Positions 47,798 to 55,366 of a stretch of 64,000 nucleotides of DNA are shown here, piece after piece. The notes beneath the pieces are model-generated. The model searched no databases. It was given only the letters and a program-made list of their open reading frames with translations, and had not been told where the DNA came from. Position numbers and translations under genes: made by a program. The stretch spans positions 10,035 through 74,034 of the forward strand of contig OY970126.1 in NCBI GenBank assembly GCA_963705915.1, written 5' to 3'. The DNA comes from an uncultured bacterium (GTDB lineage: Bacteria > Patescibacteriota > Minisyncoccia > UBA6257 > 2-01-FULL-56-20). Every line of letters begins with the position of its first letter. Within the stretch, counting starts at the first letter, position 1.

Positions 47798-48397
47798 TCA
47801 AAATGATCCGGTTTGAACCTCTCCGGCGCGTTCATAGTTAGCGAAGATGACTCCTTTTGGCGAGATCTTACTATCGGTCAATGTAAAGGCGGCCGGAATC
47901 GTACCTTCTGCAAAGAGACGCTTGCCCGAACCGAGCGTAATGGGAAATGTCTTGAGCCAGAGCTCGTCAACGAGATCGTTTTTTAAAAGGGTCTGGATGA
48001 GGTTGCCGCTGCCATGCACCTGCAACTCGGGGCCGTCTTGGGTTTTGAGTTTCTTCACCGCTTCGACAACATCGCCCGAGAGAAGTACCGAATTGTTCCA
48101 TGCAGGTCTAAACGATGCATCATGGGACGCAACGTATTTTATAGCCGCATTCACGCCGGGCCAGCCTTGTTCGTGCTGCGGCCAATATCCGGCGAAAATA
48201 TCATACGTTTTTCTTCCCAAAAGCAAACTGAACTTTCGTGACATTTGCTCTCCCATGACTTTACCTGCGAATTCATCAAAATAGGGAACCGTCCAGCCTC
48301 CATATTTGAAATCACCCGAGGTGTCTTCTTCTGGGCCGCCCGGCGCTTGCATTACGCCATCGAGACTTATGAACGATAGGACAATTAGTTTTCTCAT
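47798..48397 (-). CDS. Dihydrofolate reductase family (RibD C-terminal) protein
   Basis: SLDGVMQAPGGPEED, LLGRKTY, HGSG.L, LVDE, LGSGKRLF. Confidence 0.92.
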   Translation of the reverse strand: MRKLIVLSFISLDGVMQAPGGPEEDTSGDFKYGGWTVPYFDEFAGKVMGEQMSRKFSLLLGRKTYDIFAGYWPQHEQGWPGVNAAIKYVASHDASFRPAWNNSVLLSGDVVEAVKKLKTQDGPELQVHGSGNLIQTLLKNDLVDELWLKTFPITLGSGKRLFAEGTIPAAFTLTDSKISPKGVIFANYERAGEVQTGSF

Positions 48398-48456
48398 GAG
48401 ATTATTCTACTTAATTTGCACTTTGCCGACAACTTAGGCGATTCGTCAAATCCTCA

Positions 48457-48484
48457 GCTCCGGCGGGTGGAGGATGTTCGGACC
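48457..48484 (+). repeat. att-like repeat R1
   Basis: GCTCCGGCGGGTGGAGGATGTTCGGACC. Confidence 0.9.
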
Positions 48485-48544
48485 TGGATAGAGCAAGTGG
48501 GGGAGAGTTTTTATGTCCCAAGTTTAGTTAGCCCACCAGGCCGC

Positions 48545-48817
48545 TCACGATAGATTGGGAGATCTTTGCGAATATCTCTTTTTTAAAACTAATTGCACAA
48601 TCCCAATGACAAAGCCAGCTGCATTCGCAATCATGACAGGCGTTGCGCCAATAAGCCAACCATAGGTGGTCCAGATAGCGGAATTTATACAGTAGAGGAA
48701 TATCATCCCCAGCGATACGTCGTCCGCGTGTTTTGTCTTCGCCATCTTCACGATCTGCGGGATCATGATCGAGACTCCAACCACCGCGCCTATATAACCG
48801 AGGATATCTGAGAGCAT
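48545..48817 (-). CDS. SemiSWEET/PQ-loop transporter
   Basis: MIPQIVK..KTK..DDVS, W..YG, P...AN. Confidence 0.88.
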   Translation of the reverse strand: MLSDILGYIGAVVGVSIMIPQIVKMAKTKHADDVSLGMIFLYCINSAIWTTYGWLIGATPVMIANAAGFVIGIVQLVLKKRYSQRSPNLS

Positions 48818-48945
48818 AATTATATTTTACTATAAAAATCCCGATTCGGTATATTCGAATCGGGATTGTGAAAAAAAGGCGAGGTTGATCAAGTCAATTA
48901 TTTATTAAAAAAAGAAAACTCGCACAAAAGATAAAATCGTGCGAG

Positions 48946-49356
48946 CTATAAATTAAAACCATATTCCCGAAATTGTTGCAATCTTTTTAAATATTCCAAC
49001 TTACGACATCCGTCGCAACAATCATTTGGATCGCGTCCTTTGTTGATGACGCTACTACGCCTTGTTACAAAATCTCCGCAGCTACAGCGAACAACCCAGA
49101 CCGATCCGGTGCTACCTCCTGCTTCCTTCTCGGAAGCAAACAGGCCCACCACCGTGAATCGTCCAAAAGTTCTGCCGGTCAGGTTCGGCATATTTCTCGG
49201 GACCTTTTTCAAGGGTGGTTGATTTTTCCAATGTCTTTGGGCGATCTTGACGTTGGGTTGTTCCGAAAAACCGGGTTTACTGACCCTCTGAGCGACACGG
49301 TTTACCGGATTGATCACTAAAAGCGTTGATTCGAAAATCCGATTCTTTTTTAGCAT
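48946..49356 (-). CDS. Phage-type protein with LTGxxFGRxTV / WxxRCxCG module
   Basis: NLTGRTFGRFTVVG...WVVRCSCG...CDGC; own TTGACA/TATAAT promoter. Confidence 0.65.
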   Translation of the reverse strand: MLKKNRIFESTLLVINPVNRVAQRVSKPGFSEQPNVKIAQRHWKNQPPLKKVPRNMPNLTGRTFGRFTVVGLFASEKEAGGSTGSVWVVRCSCGDFVTRRSSVINKGRDPNDCCDGCRKLEYLKRLQQFREYGFNL

Positions 49357-49441
49357 GCTGATCCTCGCTGTGCAGTATTATAATTTGGAAATTATTAATG
49401 TCAAATATATTTTTTCTATCGCTAATGTTAGCAGCGCTAAT

Positions 49442-49529
49442 GGTTCGAATCCTCGCGCGGGTAATAAAAATTGACCGCATAAAACCTATGAATCTTTAGC
49501 TGCTCCGGCGGGTGGAGGACGTTCGGACC
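49442..49529 (+). repeat. 88-bp composite unit: tRNA 3' half + spacer + repeat R2
   Basis: GGTTCGAATCCTCGCGCGGGTA...GCTCCGGCGGGTGGAGGACGTTCGGACC. Confidence 0.9.
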
Positions 49530-49530
49530 G

Positions 49531-49857
49531 CTATTCGCGACCCATTTCATTCATAAGAGCCTCAGCCTGTTCAAAGAGATTCTCATCGTTCTCATTATGT
49601 GCGGCAACCCTTGCGGCCTCTAAGCTTGCCCATGCTTCTGTTTGAAATCCTGCCGCTCGATATAATTTTGCTTTTTTAAGGTCAAGCTCAATACCAGCCC
49701 GCGAAGTGTTTAATTCGGCCACCCTTGCTTCTTCAGCTGCGCACCATGCAAGGAGTAGCTCTTTTGACTGCGGGTCATCGATTCCGTTTTCTCGAAGTTT
49801 GGAAATCAACGCCAGCTCATTTTCGGAAAATTCAGATTCGGGAGACTTTTCTATCAT
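49531..49857 (-). CDS. Acidic alpha-helical hypothetical protein
   Basis: ORF fills the interval between two composite units; stop codon 1 bp from R2. Confidence 0.75.
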   Translation of the reverse strand: MIEKSPESEFSENELALISKLRENGIDDPQSKELLLAWCAAEEARVAELNTSRAGIELDLKKAKLYRAAGFQTEAWASLEAARVAAHNENDENLFEQAEALMNEMGRE

Positions 49858-49887
49858 GCCATGAATATATCACATTCTAGCAATATC

Positions 49888-49975
49888 GGTTCGAATCCTC
49901 GCGCGGGTAGCAAAAATTGCCCCCATAAAGCCTATGAATCTTTAGCAGCTCCGGCGGGTGGAGGATGTGAGAACC
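49888..49975 (+). repeat. 88-bp composite unit: tRNA 3' half + spacer + repeat R3
   Basis: Near-identical to 49442-49529. Confidence 0.9.
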
Positions 49976-50044
49976 TTACAGCGAAAGACATTGACTCACA
50001 GTGATCTTATGCTATAATAGTCTTCAGCGGTTAAGGAGATCTAC

Positions 50045-50266
50045 ATGGCATCTTTAGCGCAGCTCTCAGGAGTTGATTCTTTCGAGCGTGTAATCGCATT
50101 GCTTGAGAAAAAAGTTGGCACAACCGAAGCATGTGATCTTATCCTCTCGGATTCGCGGCTCATCGAGGCCGAAGAGGTTGACGGGATATTAGCCGACATC
50201 GATGAGAAGATGTATGGTGAGCCGATCGACTTTCGGGAACCGTGGGAAGATTTGATTTCCTACTAG
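50045..50266 (+). CDS. Small acidic hypothetical protein
   Basis: TTGACT/TATAAT promoter, AAGGAG RBS, terminator near 50292-50321. Confidence 0.75.
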   Translation: MASLAQLSGVDSFERVIALLEKKVGTTEACDLILSDSRLIEAEEVDGILADIDEKMYGEPIDFREPWEDLISY

Positions 50267-50327
50267 TACTAAAGAGATCGACGTTTGCGCAAAGGGTCCG
50301 ATAGAGATATCGAACCCTTTTTATTTT

Positions 50328-50452
50328 GCTCGCTTGAGCAGACGGCTTGCGAACAGTGGATCGCGGCATTCCGGGCCTACGATTGGGAGAAGGCGATACG
50401 AGATCCGGCTGTAGCGTTAAAACAAATAAGGCAATTACTAGCGCTTGTTTGA
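50328..50452 (+). pseudogene. Degenerate repeat plus orphan protein C-terminal tail
   Basis: GCTC...GAC...CGAAC in the repeat's register, then a stop-terminated frame WIAAFRAYDWEKAIRDPAVALKQIRQLLALV. Confidence 0.45.
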
Positions 50453-51370
50453 TGCAGATGCTTTGCTGTAAAACTGGAACTGATTGCCGCCCCGCTTTTT
50501 GGCTTGATAAAGAGCCGTATCGGAAAGCCGGAGCAAGTCCGCCGGTTTCTTCCCATTGAGCGGATATAATGCAACCCCGATGCTGACCGAGGTTTTAATG
50601 ACTCTTTTTTCAATGAGGATTGGAATATCGAAAGCTCGCACGATCTTCTTTGCAATACGAATTGCATTCGCTTTACTTTCTAATTGTTTTGCCAGAACAA
50701 CAAATTCATCTCCTCCAAATCGAGCGGCGATGTCGGAACTTCGTACGGCATGACTCAGGCGATGTGCCACTTCTATCAGTACCAAGTCGCCAAACCGATG
50801 GCCCTCTTCGTCGTTAGTGCGTTTGAAGTTGTTAAAATCGAGATAAAGAATCGCGAGCAACTTTCCTCTTTTGGTCCTCTTGATAGATTCAAGAAAATCT
50901 TCCTCAAAAAAACTGCGGTTTGGCAGTCCCGTCAGAAAATCATGGGTTGAATTGTGGACGGCTAGCGTATGAAGATCGTTTTGCTGAGAAACGTCCCTCA
51001 TGATTTTTGAAAATCCCTGACTTGTTCCGTACTTGTTTCTCGTCGAGGTCAGCACGCCGCTGCTCCAAAATTTAGTTTTATTTTTTCGTACGTATTGCCG
51101 TTCATCCAAATACTTGCCTTCACTCACGGCATTTTTCATATCGGAACCGGGAGTGCCTCGTCGAATGTCTTCTTTTGTGAAAAGAATAGAAAAATCCTTG
51201 CCGATAATTTCTGCTCGCTTATAACCGAAGAGTTTTGCCCCCCCCTGGTCCCAGCTGGTAATCTTGCCTTTCTTGTCGAGCATAAAAATCGCGTAATCTC
51301 GTATGCTTTCAACGAGGGTGCGATAGTTCTGTTCGGTATTGGTCTTTTCTTTGCGACGTTCGATGCTTAT
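50438..51370 (-). CDS. PAS-GGDEF diguanylate cyclase
   Basis: YRTLVESIRDYAIFMLD PAS start, HDFLTGLPNR, RFGGDEF; frame extends upstream of ATG 51283 to ATA 51370. Confidence 0.9.
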   Translation of the reverse strand: MSIERRKEKTNTEQNYRTLVESIRDYAIFMLDKKGKITSWDQGGAKLFGYKRAEIIGKDFSILFTKEDIRRGTPGSDMKNAVSEGKYLDERQYVRKNKTKFWSSGVLTSTRNKYGTSQGFSKIMRDVSQQNDLHTLAVHNSTHDFLTGLPNRSFFEEDFLESIKRTKRGKLLAILYLDFNNFKRTNDEEGHRFGDLVLIEVAHRLSHAVRSSDIAARFGGDEFVVLAKQLESKANAIRIAKKIVRAFDIPILIEKRVIKTSVSIGVALYPLNGKKPADLLRLSDTALYQAKKRGGNQFQFYSKASASNKR

Positions 51371-51464
51371 GTCGTAAGTATGGACTTATGGCTAGGAATA
51401 GCAATTATTTCTCTGTTTTGCAGGGGGTTTGTTATATTACGACGATTTCTTTATGAGGTTTTTT

Positions 51465-51492
51465 ATTCCGGCGCGTGGAGGATGGTAGAACC
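51465..51492 (+). repeat. att-like repeat R4
   Basis: ATTCCGGCGCGTGGAGGATGGTAGAACC. Confidence 0.85.
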
Positions 51493-51497
51493 TGTCC

Positions 51498-52064
51498 TTA
51501 CCAGATAAACGGCAAGAGCCGCTTGGTATGCGCTTGATAGGGTGGATACTGGTCAGGGAAAAGATCGAGCATCGCACGCTCCTCTTTGTGGATACGCCGC
51601 AAACAGAAGATGATGCTTATAATAAACAGCGCAACGGCCACGATACTTCCGGTCAATGCGCCGCCAAAGAGCGCGAGTATCGCGCCCGCATAGATCGGAT
51701 GGCGGACATACGCGTATGCGCCGTTCGTTACGAGCTTATGATCTTCTTTCGGATGTGTTCCCCAGTCGCGTCCTAAGTCGTATCGCCCCCAGATCGCGAA
51801 CGCGACACCGATAACGGTTAACAATGCGCCAACCCAACTGACCGCGAGACCGAAATTGAAGAACGCATATTCAAGGACGAACGCATCGCCCTGTAAATTT
51901 CGAGTAAGAGCATACATCAATAGTGCTAACAAAAAGAGTAGTAGGAGTGGAGGAAGGCTCTTTGAGTGGCTCGAAGCGTCGCGCTTGGCGGTAAAAGCAC
52001 CTACCACCCATACTGTTATAAGCACCAACCAACTTGCGATGATGACATAACCATAGTCGTACAT
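51498..52064 (-). CDS. Isoprenylcysteine carboxylmethyltransferase family protein
   Basis: LG..W, LVT.GAYAYVRHPIY, EE..M...F..QY..Y; start moved to ATG 52064. Confidence 0.9.
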   Translation of the reverse strand: MYDYGYVIIASWLVLITVWVVGAFTAKRDASSHSKSLPPLLLLFLLALLMYALTRNLQGDAFVLEYAFFNFGLAVSWVGALLTVIGVAFAIWGRYDLGRDWGTHPKEDHKLVTNGAYAYVRHPIYAGAILALFGGALTGSIVAVALFIISIIFCLRRIHKEERAMLDLFPDQYPPYQAHTKRLLPFIW

Positions 52065-52080
52065 GTGATCATCATACCGC

Positions 52081-52136
52081 AGTTCGAATCCTCGCGCGGG
52101 TAGCAAAAATTAGGGCGGGTGGAGGATGCGAGAACC
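52081..52136 (+). repeat. Internally deleted composite unit (tRNA 3' half + partial repeat R5)
   Basis: AGTTCGAATCCTCGCGCGGGTAGCAAAAATTAGGGCGGGTGGAGGATGCGAGAACC. Confidence 0.88.
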
Positions 52137-52207
52137 TGTTATAGGGGAAGATTGATATAACTCGGTGGATATGATAATTTCTTGGATAGATCTGGAGGAG
52201 GTCTCCT

Positions 52208-52471
52208 GTGCCGAAAATTGATGAAAATAAGATCTTAAATACCCTCAGCCATACCGTATGGAAAACTCCGTTCGATATCCGGGTAGAAACCGGGCGATCT
52301 ATATCGCTTAGAGAAATCTATCGTCATCTCGAGGCGTTTGAGGTTCGGCAACTTGTCGAACGTCGAGATAAGCAACTGACAGCGACTCAGCTCGCTCTAC
52401 GGGGTGGCAAGCCCGCGATTGAATTTCGATTACTGCCAGCTGGTGTCCGTCGAAAGGGCGAGGTTTCGTAG
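52208..52471 (+). CDS. Small winged-helix (PadR-like) protein
   Basis: IYRHLEAFE..LVERR....RGG.P..EFRL...G; GGAGG RBS. Confidence 0.65.
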   Translation: MPKIDENKILNTLSHTVWKTPFDIRVETGRSISLREIYRHLEAFEVRQLVERRDKQLTATQLALRGGKPAIEFRLLPAGVRRKGEVS

Positions 52472-52572
52472 AAAATCAAAGGGGTATCGATAGGGATGCC
52501 ATGTCCTGTCAGAGCCTAGTCTCGTCGAAACAATCTCCGGGTCAATCCAAAGTGATTGGCCCTTTTATTTTT

Positions 52573-52600
52573 GCTCCGGCGGGTGGAGGATGTTAGAACC
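52573..52600 (+). repeat. att-like repeat R6 (consensus copy)
   Basis: GCTCCGGCGGGTGGAGGATGTTAGAACC. Confidence 0.9.
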
Positions 52601-52653
52601 CGGATGAAATAAAAACTGCGCGTCCAAAGCCGCGCAGTTCTCGAAGTAATTCT

Positions 52654-52935
52654 TTACTGTTTAATCCCTAGGGCACCCTTGATCTTTGCAGTGACTTCGT
52701 CTGGTTGAGGCAACGCTTTGGAAATGAGTCCTGGGAGTGCCTGCCCGACCAAATCCAGTAAAACCCTTGTGTCGATTTCATACCAATCCTTGCTGGCGGA
52801 CGAAGCAAGAAATTCGACCTCCTGCGTTTCAAGGATGCGTCGAGCAAATGCCTCTTGTTTCTTGTAGACCCTAAGTTTGCAGTAGCTCAACGCAAAAGCA
52901 AAATAGATTTCAACAGTCGGAAAGTTGCTTTGCAT
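52654..52935 (-). CDS. Hypothetical protein
   Basis: GGAGG before ATG 52935; own promoter and terminator. Confidence 0.6.
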   Translation of the reverse strand: MQSNFPTVEIYFAFALSYCKLRVYKKQEAFARRILETQEVEFLASSASKDWYEIDTRVLLDLVGQALPGLISKALPQPDEVTAKIKGALGIKQ

Positions 52936-53010
52936 CGACGCCTCCAGATAATCGCATAACTGAGGACAGAATAACACTGCCCCTTTAAAATTTCAATGAC
53001 GAAACGATCT

Positions 53011-53038
53011 GCTCCGAATCGTGAATAAAGTTAGAACC
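53011..53038 (+). repeat. Divergent att-like repeat R7
   Basis: GCTCCGAATCGTGAATAAAGTTAGAACC; the following ~69 bp are homologous to those after R1. Confidence 0.8.
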
Positions 53039-53164
53039 GAGATAGAGCAGGCGGGGGAGAGTTTTTATGTTCCAAGTTTAGATACCCCACCACTCCGTTC
53101 ACGGTAGTTTCGAAAGAAAAAGCCACCGGTTAAGGTGGCTAACGAGTCGAGGAGTAGGCGATGG

Positions 53165-53557
53165 TTACCACTTGCGTAACGAAAGATTTCTTTCGGTCAG
53201 AACATCTTTGATCTCTCTCAGTGACTTTCTACCAAGAGTCCTGATTCTCAAGAGGTCTAACTCGGTTTTTCCGATAAGCTCGGTGATCGTGTTGATGTTC
53301 CCATTCTTCAAGCAATTGTAGGAACGATTAGAAATATCCAGCTCTTCGATCTTACCAAGGGCTGAGTCGATCGCTGATTCCCTGGTGAAGGTTAGCTTCA
53401 TTCCGAAGATTGGCTCAAATGGATTTTCGGAAACCACAAATCCTTCATTTCGGAGTGCGATCATCTTGTAGATTGCATCCACCAAGCTTTCGAGCTTCTT
53501 GTCTGGTGCAACCTCTACAACTGTAGTAGTTGTCACAGGAATCTTGTTATCGGTCAT
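53165..53557 (-). CDS. Stand-alone RNA polymerase alpha-CTD domain protein
   Basis: [51 protein letters not shown]. Confidence 0.88.
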   Translation of the reverse strand: MTDNKIPVTTTTVVEVAPDKKLESLVDAIYKMIALRNEGFVVSENPFEPIFGMKLTFTRESAIDSALGKIEELDISNRSYNCLKNGNINTITELIGKTELDLLRIRTLGRKSLREIKDVLTERNLSLRKW

Positions 53558-53622
53558 CTCGCTTCTCCTTTTCGATTAGTGCCGTACAGATTATATCATT
53601 ATTTAATTATCTCGTCAAATTT

Positions 53623-53651
53623 GCTCAGGTAGGGCGGGGAATGTTAGGACC
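53623..53651 (+). repeat. Degenerate att-like repeat R8
   Basis: GCTCAGGTAGGGCGGGGAATGTTAGGACC. Confidence 0.6.
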
Positions 53652-53710
53652 TTGCTTTCTTAATTTGGCGCGAGTATAAAGAATTTAGATTTATCGGATG
53701 GGAGACTGAT

Positions 53711-53953
53711 GTGAAACGTATAAATGGAGAAAAGTGGTTGACTCCTACGGAAGCAGGAAAGATATTGGGAGTGAGCAAGAGAACCATCATTCGATGGTGT
53801 GCGGATGGCTCGAATCAGGATCGTAAACCCGAAGACCCTCCGAACCTCAATCCTAGGCGAGGACCAAATCGGCGATTATATTTTCGAGAAAGCCACATCA
53901 AATCTCTCGCAAACCATTACTTTGGGATCGGTCAAAATGAGGGCGGCGCATGA
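53711..53953 (+). CDS. MerR/excisionase-like HTH protein
   Basis: WLTPTEAGKILGVSKRTIIRW ... R.PN.R.YF. Confidence 0.8.
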   Translation: MKRINGEKWLTPTEAGKILGVSKRTIIRWCADGSNQDRKPEDPPNLNPRRGPNRRLYFRESHIKSLANHYFGIGQNEGGA

Positions 53954-53977
53954 TTAAAAGCGACGCCCTCTTTTTTT

Positions 53978-54004
53978 GCTCCCCACCTCGGACTTGAATC
54001 CCGC
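53978..54004 (-). other. tRNA 3'-end remnant (Asn/Gln-like), att-like
   Basis: Minus strand TTCAAGT-CCGAG-GTGGGGA-G = T-loop, T-stem 3' strand, acceptor 3' strand, G73. Confidence 0.65.
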
Positions 54005-54073
54005 CAGTGCAAGCCCCACAAGCATCCCAGAGGATCGTCCGGAGAAGGGGAATGACGCCTCTCGGTCAGGGAT

Positions 54074-54125
54074 CAAATGAGACAAATGAGACACTTTTAG
54101 CGTGTCTCGGGACGTGTCTCATTTG
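54074..54125. repeat. Direct plus inverted GAGAA/GAGACA-type repeat cluster (four GAGACA half-sites)
   Basis: CAAATGAGAC-AAATGAGACAC ... GTGTCTC ... GTGTCTCATTTG. Confidence 0.75.
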
Positions 54126-54162
54126 CTCTTTATATAAGGAAAACAGGCCTTCCGGAGGAGCA

Positions 54163-54192
54163 TTGACAATATACTATAAATCGTTGTATAAT
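54163..54192 (+). promoter_or_regulatory. Consensus sigma70 promoter
   Basis: TTGACA-18 bp-TATAAT. Confidence 0.8.
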
Positions 54193-54251
54193 ATACCCAG
54201 ATCATTAAATCCAAGGCGGTTGCGTGCCTACTGAAACGCAACACAAGGAGG

Positions 54252-54752
54252 GTGACTCCAATGGCAAATATCAGAGTGATGTGGTTCCGTTATGCTGGCG
54301 TTGATAGCATCACGCCCGAGTTGCTGGCGAAGTATTCAGGAACGTACACCATCGCGCGCGATATGGGCGCATGCAAACACGTTGGTCGCGACACCGAGTA
54401 TTACACCTTGGAATTCGCGCCGACGCCGCACGTTGACCTGCTGCTTGTTACTCGACAAATCATCGAGGACATTCGCTATCAAGCGCATCCGATGTCGGGA
54501 TTCGGTCACGTGGAACCGTTCCGTAAGTTCGTGCCTTCCAAAGAGGAAGAGACGGGAATTGATCAGATGAACGAAACGTTGACCGCGCTCGACAACACGC
54601 TCGACAGCCTGAAAGAATCCGAAGGCTGGCGCAAACGTGCGAAAGAGTCAGTAAAGATCTCGGCGCAAACTCTGAAAGAGACCCGTTCGATTTTCGGGAG
54701 CAAAGCGATTGCGAGCGTTCGTCGCAGCCTCGAAGCGATTGCCGCAAATTAG
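54252..54752 (+). CDS. Hypothetical protein
   Basis: AAGGAGG RBS; promoter upstream. Confidence 0.7.
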   Translation: MTPMANIRVMWFRYAGVDSITPELLAKYSGTYTIARDMGACKHVGRDTEYYTLEFAPTPHVDLLLVTRQIIEDIRYQAHPMSGFGHVEPFRKFVPSKEEETGIDQMNETLTALDNTLDSLKESEGWRKRAKESVKISAQTLKETRSIFGSKAIASVRRSLEAIAAN

Positions 54753-54872
54753 ATTCATACCCTTCATACCGAGGGATCTCGTACAGATCCCTCTCCCACT
54801 AAAGTATTTTCAACGAGAATTCTTTAGCGGGAGAAATCCCGATAGTTCTTCAAAACTTCAGAGGAGGATGTT

Positions 54873-55298
54873 ATGAGATATGTTTTTGCGGTACTGGTGC
54901 TGATCGCCTGCGTCTACACAATCGTGATGTTGCCAAAAGATATGCGTCGCACAGAAGAAAACAAGGCAACCGAGGTTCGCGTGGCAGCCGAAAAGGCCGC
55001 TGCTCAGGAGCAGTTCGAGAAGGACATCATCTCTGCAGAGAAACTAACCCGCCCATCCTGTTCCGAAACGCTCGTCGTGGTCGTTTGGCCTCCGGCGAAT
55101 CTCCCAGAAGCAAAACCACGGGTTGTCATCGCAGGCTACAACGTCGAGGACTTCAACTCGATGAGCGTCAATTTCCACAAAAATCATGACGGCGGATTCG
55201 AATTGAGAGCCAACGGCGGCGAGGTGAGTAACAAACTGCCTGTCGATGGAAAATTCTGCCGGACAGAGGCGGAGTACCAACTCAAACATCCCAGGTAG
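54873..55298 (+). CDS. Hypothetical membrane-anchored protein
   Basis: GAGGAGG RBS, N-terminal TM, terminator near 55323-55361. Confidence 0.7.
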   Translation: MRYVFAVLVLIACVYTIVMLPKDMRRTEENKATEVRVAAEKAAAQEQFEKDIISAEKLTRPSCSETLVVVVWPPANLPEAKPRVVIAGYNVEDFNSMSVNFHKNHDGGFELRANGGEVSNKLPVDGKFCRTEAEYQLKHPR

Positions 55299-55366
55299 AA
55301 CATAATTCTCTAGTAGCCAACAACGGCGACCCAATTCATATTTTGTATGGGCCGCCGTTTTCTTTT

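Noticed and set aside
52065-52106. N-terminal extension MLPARGFEL on the ICMT ORF
   Set aside because: It is the reverse complement of the tRNA fragment; a -10 box supports ATG 52064.
49442-54004. Intact tRNA genes
   Set aside because: Only T-loop and acceptor 3' strands are present; no D arm, anticodon arm or 5' acceptor strand is adjacent.
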